Origin: Camelus dromedarius
Taxonomy: Eukaryota
DNA: 64,000 nucleotides
Assembly (NCBI RefSeq): GCF_036321535.1
Contig: NC_087436.1
Coordinates: 71,240,001 to 71,304,000, forward strand
Reading direction: 5' to 3'
The translations under genes were made by a program, and so were the position numbers. Below the pieces are notes generated by a model, which saw only the letters and a program-made list of their open reading frames with translations, did no database searches and was not told where the DNA came from. Each line of letters begins with the position of its first letter. Position 1 is the stretch's first letter. This document shows, piece after piece, positions 54,386 through 64,000 of the stretch.

Positions 54386-56418
54386 CGTGAGTAGATGAGA
54401 GAAGAGAAAGTTAGGTGTTTGTCTGTTTTGCTCCCTACCAAACAAAATATCTGAGAGTGGTAGTGTCTAGTTTCCTCAAGTACTCCCTTCCATGGCCCCA
54501 ACTTTAGTACCATTTCCCTGCCTTGCCCTTTGAGACCTTGGGACAAAACAACATTCAGTGCTTGAGACTCAAGGCTCTGGGTGCCTCACCATCCCATGCT
54601 GGTTTCCTTATCTCTGCGCACACCCACTTAAAGAGTCCCTAAACAAAACTCGTCTAATGAAACCTTTTTAAGAATGTCACTGCTCCCCACCAGGACCGTG
54701 ACAGATACACTACTCTACCTCGTTAAAAATTCAAATAAAGAGCATAATACTTATGTCTTAAAAAGAACTAGTAAAATGATAAGAATTTTAGAACTGAGAG
54801 TTATCCTGGAAATCACCTTGAGCCCATTCACCTTATTTTACACTGATGTTACCAACAACCTATAATGGATTTCCTTTTCACATTTTCTACATAGTCATTA
54901 AATTTAGCTCACATCAAAAGAAAAGTATATGTCAAACTTTTTATATATTTCAGGATACTTATTTATGATATTTATAATATTTTCAGAAAAAAAGTCACAA
55001 GATGCAATTCTTAAAATTAACACCCAGAAGCTAGTTCTACATTGGAACAGAGTCCACCTCAGCTGGAAGGCAAAGAACATATATTTCTCAGTTCTCATTC
55101 TTTCAATGAAACCCTACTCTGTTTATAGAGCTGCCAAATGGCTGAAACAGCCTCAAACAGTTTACAGTACTGAAATATACTGACTTTTTCCCCTGATGAT
55201 CTTCTTATGATGGAAAAAACAAGCTTTAACCACAGCTGACCTTGATCATTAATGTTAGCTCCTGATCAAGAGCCACACCCTGTCTGCAAGTCACATTAAA
55301 ATGCTAAAGCATCTCTCCAGCTAGAAGTCTGGTAGCAGCAAATGTCCATTATCAAGCTCCATAGATAAAGACTTTTCCTAATTCCCTCTATTTCCCTCTA
55401 AATTTACCCTTGCTCTGCAGCACTCATCTCATGCCTTGAGTTTCTTCCAGTGTTCTTGTTCTGAGATGCAACATTAACGAACGTGTACCATTCCAAGAAA
55501 AGGAGAAGGCATATGTGTCAAACAAAATTTATACCTTATTGCAAAACAAGTCTTGACCTGGACACATCAAACATGAGGCTAAAGTATTTGTTATTTTGAA
55601 GAACTACATTTGTTGATCTGATGTGCATCAGGCGGAGTCTAGAGTGTTTCACACATTTCATTAAATCTTCCTGAATCTTTCCGCCCACACCTTTGCTATC
55701 ACAATGTATCACTCTCAAGTAAGTGTTCAGGTTGAAGTGCGTTTAGGTCGACACAGAATACCTTCTGATGGTGTTAAGTGGTCAGCAACATTCACCAGTT
55801 CCAAAGCTCACAGCCAGGTCTCCCTGTTGGCCCACTATGAACCAGCAGCAATAGTAGGATGAGCTCCCCTAGAATCGCTCGGCTTTAATTATTTCAGTAC
55901 TAACAAGAACTCAGGCCCAGAAAGTGAAGAAAACAAGAATTCTTTCCGGTCTTACAACTGCTAGGTGGAGTCATGTGTATGTCTATATTCATAAATATCA
56001 ATAATAGGTAACACATGAATAGCAGTAATGCCAAAACACAGGCAGTTCTGGAGAAACAAAAAAGTGCCCTTACTATTTACAAGATTCTTTCCATTAAATA
56101 TGATGGGTGTTTAGTCTGATGGAACTGCTTAATACTTTTAAGTTCCCACAAGTGTTGTGGTTCTTGTTGTTTTTCCCCCTTCCTGTTGAACTTTAGCTAT
56201 TGTGAGTTAGAGTGAGAACTAGCCAGAGTAAACTAAAAGCACCCTCCTTTACTCTGCATGTACAGAAATGAGAGCACAGAGAAGCAGCCTGATTACACAG
56301 AGAGGTAAGAGGAGTAAGACAAGAATTCACGGCCCTATAAACAAAGCCTGCCGAAGGCTCAATGTATGATATTGGTCACAAGTGAAAGTTTCTTCTTAAA
56401 TGTAGAAAAATTCCAAAT

Positions 56419-57040
56419 TAGTATTTCTCAAACTTTTTGGTATCAGGACACTTCGTAATTACACTCTTAAAAATTATTGAGGACTCCCAAAGAGCCTTCA
56501 TTTATGTAAATTATGTTTCTTGGTACTTATTATACTAAAAATTAAAACAAAAATATTTATTAATTCATTTAAAATAAAATAATGAATCCATTACACGGTA
56601 CTATAAATAATACATTTTATGAAAAATAACTATGATTTTCAAAACAAAGAAAATTTTGTAAAGAGAGTTTTACATTCTTGAAAAATCTCTTTACATCTGA
56701 CTTAATTAAAGACGGTTTCTCCTACGCGTTTCTCAATTTAATCTGTTGTAGCATCATACCTCTCGCCGACTCTCGAAAACTCCACAGTACATGTGAGTGA
56801 GAATGAGAGTGAAAGAAGCAAATAATGTCTTAGTATCACTATAAAAATAATTTTTAAATAACAAAACCCCTGAAAAGGTCTTGAGGACACAGAGCAAACC
56901 TTCCTGGTTTGCCTGGGACTACCCTAGTTTTAGCACCAAAAGTCCATGTCCTAGGGAAACCCCTCAGTCTGCGGCAGACAAGGACAATTAGTCACCCTCT
57001 CTGTACTACATGCTATACTGGAAGAACAGAAGTGCTAAAA
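56419..57040 (+). mobile_element. Charlie4a-like hAT element containing a nested MER81
   Basis: tttctcaaactttttggtatcaggac...acactcttaaaaattattgaggactcccaaagagc matches the recalled Charlie4a 5' end. Confidence 0.75.
56890..56999. mobile_element. MER81-like (hAT-Blackjack) MITE
   Basis: cctggtttgcctgggactaccctagttttagcacc...ggaaacccctcagtc...ggacaattagtcaccct. Confidence 0.75.
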
Positions 57041-59079
57041 CAAAATCAAAAACATCACAACATCCACTAAATACTGCTATCCCTTCAAAATCACAAGTCT
57101 ACCTATTAATTCCTGGCTATACATATTTATTATTAGTTTTACATAGTGTTTAATAATAGAGTACTAATTTGAAATCAGTGGAATCTTCCAAGTAGCACAC
57201 AGTTAAGCATATGCAAAGTAAAGGCTTGATATGTTATATTATGATATTAGGAAAAGTCAAAATTAAGCTATATTTAATTTTGTGTGGTTTGGGGCCTTGG
57301 GATTGAACTAATGTAATTTAATAAATGTCCACCAATAATATATTATTTTTTGAAAGAAAAGTACTACATGCCATCCCACTAAATATTTATTCACAAAATG
57401 CAATGAGAATTCTTACTATTCTGATAATTAATTACCTTGAGCAACAATAAAAGTATTTAGCTTCCTGAGAATTATTTCATTTTTTCAAAAAGCTTTACTG
57501 AATAAAGTATATTAAATTTGCTTTATGACATTCAAGTGCCAAACCACATGTTTTCCCTCCATCACCTTTTAGTTCCTTTTAAATGAAATTGTGTATGAGT
57601 AAGCCTTTAGTCAAATAATGCAGTCATCTGTTTCCATCATTTTTTCCTTTTTTTAGATGAAGTATTTCTTAAATGGTATGTATATAACAACTAACAGTGA
57701 CCAATATAATATTTTAACAATTCCTAAGGTTCTTTTTTTTTATAAAACATGAATGACAAAATCATATTATTTAGATTAAAATGTTATAAGAAATCACCAT
57801 CGTAACCAGTGGTTTTTCTTCATATGAGATATTTTACATTATTGAATTGGCAATAGACATTCATTTCAAGCTCAAGCCATATTTCTTGCCATCTTTCTCA
57901 CAAAATTAAATGTGTACCTACAGTTGCTATGTTACTGGTATAAGACTTACCTTGGCATAGTAATTTTGTTTAAATAAATCATTTTCTAAAAAGGTGTTTG
58001 CTGAAACTTTAAAATATATTTCCAAAAGCAATAATCCCCTAAAAGAAAAAATGTGACTTCCTTCACCAATTTTACTTATTTTGAGTTTTTTTCACTCTTC
58101 GGTTGTCTACAAGCTCACTAAGAAGGATATTCATGAATTTTTAAGAAGGAATCATGTCTTATAATGTCAATGCAAATTTTCCTAAGATAGAAAGAACATT
58201 AGTTGACAGCTTTTCTACTTCAAATAGGAAAAAAGCAAAATATTTTACAAGGAAATACCACTAATATTTCAAACTTCATAATTTTGATACAAGCCACTTG
58301 TAGTTAATTGCCCCAAAGAATAATAATTACATAATATTAATAATAAAAAAGGAATAAACATACAAGTGACAGATGAGCTTCATAGTATTTTTCAAACATA
58401 TTTCAAAAAAGACAAAGGTCTGATCCCATTTTCTAACCTCTCATCAAAATCTGGGAAAACATTAGAATTTAAAAGATATTTTTACTGTAGATCAACTGCT
58501 CAACAGCTGAAACATCACAGTCACACAATAAGATCCCTGTCTTCAGTTTCTCCAAATTTTAGCTTACCCTCCACAAGCCTAGTCAACTTCTGGAGGGTGT
58601 GTGGGTGAAGGGGAATCACTTCCCTGCTTAAAAACTTTCATGAATATCAGTTTCCTAGAAAAGAAAGCCTGAACTTCTTTTCTTAGCATAGTACATGATG
58701 CCATTCAGTCCCCCAAACACCTTATCTTTCGCCAATTCATTCTTCCAACAAGCAGACACTGAGTGCCCTTCAGCACCCGCCCCACGATGATGCACAGTCA
58801 CACTTTCTGCACCAGCCAAAGCAACCTCCTTACGAGCTCATTCCCATATGCCCTTGGACACACTCTTAGTTCTTCCTGTTATGATACAGCACAGTGCAGG
58901 TGAGAACCATACACAAAAGGAACAATTCAGGAAGATTAAAATTTCTCACTTTGCCAATTTTGCCTATCCATAAATACATCCAAATAATTTCACTAAGTCC
59001 CATAGAGGAAAAATATATCTATTCAACTTAGATTTCTACTCTTTCACTAGAATAATTCTGATGAGAAAATGACTACTTT

Positions 59080-59850
59080 TGTGTGTCATTTTTCACTGAA
59101 GTAAAACTGATACACAATAAAAACACAGACCTTCGGTGTTCAGTACAATGAGTCTTCACAACTGTAAATAACTCTGTAACCAACACTGAAAACAAAATAT
59201 AAGACAGAGCTGTCAGAATCAAAAGGTTCTCTCATGCTCTTTTCAGGACAATTTCTCTCTCCCATCCCCAGGCAACCACCTTTCTATCATCACAGATTTT
59301 TAAAAATCTATTCTCAGACTTCACATAAATAGAAACAGTATATGCAGATCTTTGAATTTGGCTTCTTTTACTCAGCATAATACTTTTGAGATCCGTCCAT
59401 GTTGTTGCATGGATCAGTAGTTCCTTATAATTATTGTTGAGTAGTATTCTATCTATATGAATTTACCCTGTATTTTTCATCTGTTTATTTACACCTTGTA
59501 TATCTTCTTTTACGAAATGTCTGCACAATTCTTTTGCCCATTAAAAAATAGATTGTTCATCTTTTCATCATTAATTTGTAGGATTTCTTTAAATATTCAG
59601 TATATTCATTTGTCATTTTTAAGATACATATGTTGTGAATATTTTTTCCCAATCCTAATCTGTGGCTTGCCTGATTTTAATGGAGACTTATAAGGGGAAG
59701 AATCTTTAATTTTGATGAAGTCCAACTTATTAGTAGTTTTTATGGTTACTGATTTTGGTGTCCTGCTAAAGAATTCACTGTCTACCACAAAACTTTCTAT
59801 TAGAAGTGATCCATCTCAAATTAATGTTGCACATGGAGGGAGATAGAGGT
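59080..59850 (-). mobile_element. Old L1M 3' region with internal deletions
   Basis: ggcttcttttactcagcataatacttttgagatccgtccatgttgttgcat; ORF 59606-59788 contains KLDFIKIK. Confidence 0.8.
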
Positions 59851-60034
59851 GGAGGGTTCATGAATGGTTATTTGAACTGTATCAGTGTTTGAGAGAGATG
59901 GGGATTCAGCCCTGTGTGAATGAAGTGGGGCATAAAACACTCCATTTCTCCTCTCTGGAAAGAGGCTGAGCAGCTTCCTCCACTAGGATCGAACTCTGCG
60001 GATAAGGCAGAGGAATGAATAACAACTTGGTCTC

Positions 60035-61500
60035 ACAAAACAAATGGACCAATGGAACAGAATAGAGAGCCCAGAAATAAACTCACAGAATTCTGGTCAA
60101 TTAACCTTGACAAAGGAGGCAAGAATATACCAAAAGAGTAAAGACAGTCTCTTCAGCAAATGGCGTTGGGAAAACAGAACAGCTGCATGTAAATCAGTGA
60201 AGTTAGAATACTCCCTCACACCATACACAAAAATAAACTCAAAATGGCTTAAAGACTTATACATAAGACAAGACACTATAAACCTCCTAGAAGAAAACAT
60301 AGACAAAACATTCTCTGACATAAATCTTAGCAATGTTCTCCTAGGGTGGTCTACCCAGGTAACAGAAATAAAAGCAAAAATAAACAAGTGGGACCTAATT
60401 AAACTTATAAGCTTTTGCACAGCAAAGGAAACCACAAACAAAACAAAAAGGCACTGTATGGAATGGGAGAAAATATTTGCAAAAGATGAGACTGACAAGG
60501 ATTTAATTTCCACAATATATAAACAGCTCATACAACTTAATAACAAAAAAAAAACCCAATCTAAAAATGGGCAGAAGAACTAAACAAGCAATTCTTCAAT
60601 GATGACATACAAATGACCAATAGGCACATGAAAAATGCTCAATATCGCTAATTATCAGAGAAATGCAAATCAAACTACAATGAGGTATCATCTCACACCA
60701 GTCAGAATGGCCATCATTCAAGAGTCCACAATGATAAATGCTGGAGAGAGTGTGGAGAAAAGGGAACCCTCCTACACTTGGTGGGAATGTAGCTTGGTGC
60801 AGCCATTATGGAAAACAGTAATGGAGATTCTTCAAAAGACTAAAAATACACTTACCGTATGATCCAGCAATCCTACTCCTGGGCATATATCCAGAAGGAA
60901 CTTTAATTCGAAAAGATATATGTACCCCAATGTTCATAGCAGCACTATTTACAATAGCAAAGACATGGAAACAACCTAAATGTCTTATCAACAGATGACT
61001 GGATAAAGAAGTTGTAGTATATTTATACAATGGAATATTACTCTGCCATAAAAAAGAATAAAATAATCCATTTGCAGCAACATGGATGGACCTAGAGATT
61101 GCTATTTCTAAGTGAAGTAAGCCAGAAAGAGAAAGAAAAATACCATGTGACATCACTTATATGTGGAATCAAAAAAAAAAAAAAGACAAATGAACTTAGG
61201 TACAAAACAAAAACAGACTCACAGACATAGAAAACAAACTTATGGTTACCAAGGGGGAAAAGGTGCAGGAAGGGATAAATTGGGAGTTTCAGATTTGCAC
61301 ATACCACTACTACATATAAAATAGATAAACAACAAGTTTCTACCATATAGCACAGGAAACCATATGCAATATATTGCAGTAACTTATAATGAAAAAGAAT
61401 GTGAAAACAAATACATGCATGTATATGTGTGACTGAACTATTATGCTGTACATGAGAAACTGACACAGCATTGTAAACTCACTATATTTCAATTAAAAAA
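60035..61500 (+). mobile_element. 5'-truncated lineage L1 (about 1.47 kb)
   Basis: ORF 60044-60583 is L1 ORF2 ([13 protein letters not shown]...KINKWDLIKL), then 3'UTR and polyA; TSD aacaacttggtctc (60021-60034) / aataccttggtctc (61501-61514). Confidence 0.95.
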
Positions 61501-61974
61501 AATACCTTGGTCTCTATGCATTCCAAAGGAGTTGATTTAGAAATTGTATGGTTTCCAACTCTTGTGTATGTCCACAGATTACACGAACAACTAAGCATTC
61601 TCTTGAGATTTTGTTACCAAAAAATGCAGTCACATTATTTACAATTGTCCATGATTCATTCTACGTACCAAAAATCCTCTGCAGATTCAAAGCATCCTAC
61701 TCTGTTATAATGGTTCTCTCATCAGAGGTTGCATTTTTCTCATAAAGAAAAAGCTAAACAAAGAGCTGGTCTTGGTTTATTCATCAGTCAACTCAATACT
61801 GTAGCTACGAACATAAATATTCCTAGCCTTTTCCTACACAGAACCACTTTCTGGTGCTCCCCAAACTACGTTAAAATGAAATTGAAGCCTTAACAAAACT
61901 CCTCATTAAGTGACTACATTCGTTGATTCTTCAACTTAATGATATTGAGGCTGACACCTGAGAAATTCTCATAG

Positions 61975-62330
61975 CCTTTTCCTCATGGTCACCAGATGAC
62001 TGCTGTAGCTCCAGCCATCATGTGTTCTTTGGCTTCTGTGTGTCAGGATTTCAGACAGGGCCCAATAAGGATGGCTGGTCTTTGTTCCAAATGTCTTGGG
62101 ACTAGCTGGGAAGATTTAAAGAGCTGGAAGTGACTTGAATGGCTGAGGTCTAGAATCATCTGAAGAATCTTCATTTTTACATCTAGCACCTAGACTGCCA
62201 TAACTCAAAGACTTGCCTCTCCATGTAGCTAGGGCTTCCCACAGTGGGTGGCTGTTTTCTGAGAAAGATACCAGAGGGGAGCACCCAAGAGGAATCACCT
62301 AGGTGGGGAGCACTGGAGAGGGACTGCTCA
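61975..62330 (-). mobile_element. MLT1 LTR fragments
   Basis: ctcatggtcaccagatgactgctgtagctccagccatca and gaatcatctgaag...ctccatgtagctagggcttcccacag. Confidence 0.6.
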
Positions 62331-62567
62331 GAGTGCCAGGAAAGGTAGCTTTACATGAAAAAACTTACCAGTGCATTTTAGATAGTATCAAGAAAGAGGC
62401 AGTTTTCTGTTGTTTCATCTTGAAATTAGATCTTTGGCTGTTATTTAGGATGTTACTTGCCACTCATGTGAAAAGGGGTGACAGATATCCTTAAGTTCAA
62501 AGACTAGATTCACCACTGGAAGTTCTAGTCACCTAAGATCTCCAAACTTCAATTTTCCCCTTTGTTT

Positions 62568-62568
<1 letters not shown>

Positions 62569-62640
<72 letters not shown>

Positions 62641-62670
62641 GTAATAATAATAATAATAATACAATAATAA
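62569..62670 (+). repeat. (AAT)n microsatellite, about 24 perfect units then an interrupted tail
   Basis: Direct reading. Confidence 0.97.
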
Positions 62671-62929
62671 GAGGATATTATAGTATATACTAATATGTTA
62701 CTATATAATGCTCCAATAGTAATACTACTTTGACCAATTAATATGAAAGTTATGAAACTTACCCATCATGATGTCTGGAACATGGGAATTAATTTTCAAA
62801 AGTTAGTTCCCTACTCTTATCTGCCTGGTGAAATCCTCTTCAGTCACCACAACCCAGTTAAAAGATGTGTATACCTAAAACTCCCTCCTTCACCAGTAAA
62901 AGTCAGTTCCTTCCATGTTCCTCTCATGA

Positions 62930-63062
62930 TATAATTTGTGCATTCAGCCATTCAACAAGCATCTGTTGAGTGACAAGCACTATGTTTGGGAATAGATGTG
63001 CATTGTTTAGTAAAAACAGTTTGAGTCCCCACCATCACAAAGCTTACCCTCTAGAATTAAAA
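62930..63062 (-). mobile_element. L2 3' end
   Basis: cattcagccattcaacaagcatctgttgagtgacaagcactatg. Confidence 0.65.
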
Positions 63063-64000
63063 TGTCTTTATCCGCACCTATACAATGATCTGACTGAGGG
63101 TCACCACGGTATCTTGTTCAGCACACTCCTGACCATTGATAGACTCTCACAAATGTTCGTGGAATTAACTTTTCACAAAATATAGAGCAGCTTAAGCCTT
63201 GGTAATCCAGCACAATCCATATTACAATAAACTAATGTGATTTTAACAGGCAATGTTTCCATTTAGAGAAATCTGTGATCCCAGAGACACCAGAATGGGA
63301 AACAAAATGAATGAATGAATGAGTTAATTAATTAATAGGTCCAGGACAACTCATTCATATTCCCAGTTCAACAAGTCTCGTTTCATTTTTTCACTATTAT
63401 TAGGTCAATATTCCTCAAAATCCTGGCAATATAAAAGAATGATGGCCAGTCATTCTGGTGATCCTCTGTGGTCATTCAAGTGTGATCTCCAGTTCCAACC
63501 AACACAAGCCTAATGGGCAGCAGAACAGCTATACAAGGAAGACAGAGTCTCATATTTGTGGAACTGAAACACAGGTAAGTAATCACCCTAGTGAACAGTC
63601 CCTGTATGTATCACCACATCCTGCAGGAAACTTAAAAAGCAGCTCCATTTTTGGCTATGGTGGCAGCAGGCAAGAGGACACACACTGCTCCTGCTGTGCG
63701 TGTCTGAGTGAAAACTGGTCCGGTGCTGACTTCCTTTCTCAGGAGGAAATGCAAACACATAAATGCACAGACAGTTCCTTTTCCTATTCCTAGAAAAGCA
63801 AATGAGGAAAGGATTCCCTGCTACTATCACCAAATTCTAAATTGAGAGGTAAAGAGGTACACAAATTTCCGTGTATGACTCATGATAAAAATTTATTCCT
63901 CTCAAGTCTTTCCAAGATTGTAAAAAATAAGTTAGTAGCTGTCATCATGGTCTTATCCTGGACATTGAAAGATAAACATTAAACACCTCAGGGTGTTTTT

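Larger units (their letters stand above)
40181..64000 (-). other. ADAMTS3: ADAMTS3 intron upstream of the exon (probably intron 3), partial
   Basis: Ends at the AG acceptor at 40182-40181 (minus), with a TTAAC branch-point candidate about 22-25 nt upstream. No other ADAMTS-like exon found toward the window end. Intron number is from recalled gene structure. Confidence 0.8.

Noticed and set aside
60044..60583. Longest ORF in the track (179 aa)
   Set aside because: A fragment of L1 ORF2 in a truncated, frameshifted copy, not a host gene; the antisense 149-aa ORF is its mirror.
1..64000. CRISPR arrays, operons, prokaryotic or viral gene systems, processed pseudogenes
   Set aside because: The DNA is mammalian intron; I saw no regularly spaced repeats, gene-dense blocks or recognisable retrocopy. 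Very old retrocopies could be missed without a search.

Overview
AT-rich, CpG-depleted, repeat-dense mammalian genomic DNA. It is most likely camelid, judging from a Vic-1-like tRNA-derived SINE and the form of the young L1 3' ends. The only protein-coding sequence I can support is one 157-nt internal exon on the minus strand (40024-40180). It encodes AGMIKSDNDEYFIEPLERGKQMEEEKGRIHVVYKRSAVERAPVDMSQDFHYR, which I recognise as part of the ADAMTS3 prodomain (probably exon 4), so the rest of the window is the two large flanking introns. The introns hold a decayed ERV-L pol region with its 3' LTR, at least eight 5'-truncated lineage L1 copies (most with target-site duplications, one with a twin-priming inversion), and many ancient L2, MIR, MLT, MER, Charlie and Tigger fossils plus microsatellites. 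The supplied ORFs are repeat remnants or chance ORFs. I found no evidence of a novel multi-gene system. The best leads are an in-frame cryptic splice donor inside the exon, several dense developmental TF-motif clusters (candidate cartilage/mesenchyme enhancers), and an unexplained 43-bp paired duplication. Repeat family names come from recalled consensus sequences, and the boundaries of old elements are approximate.
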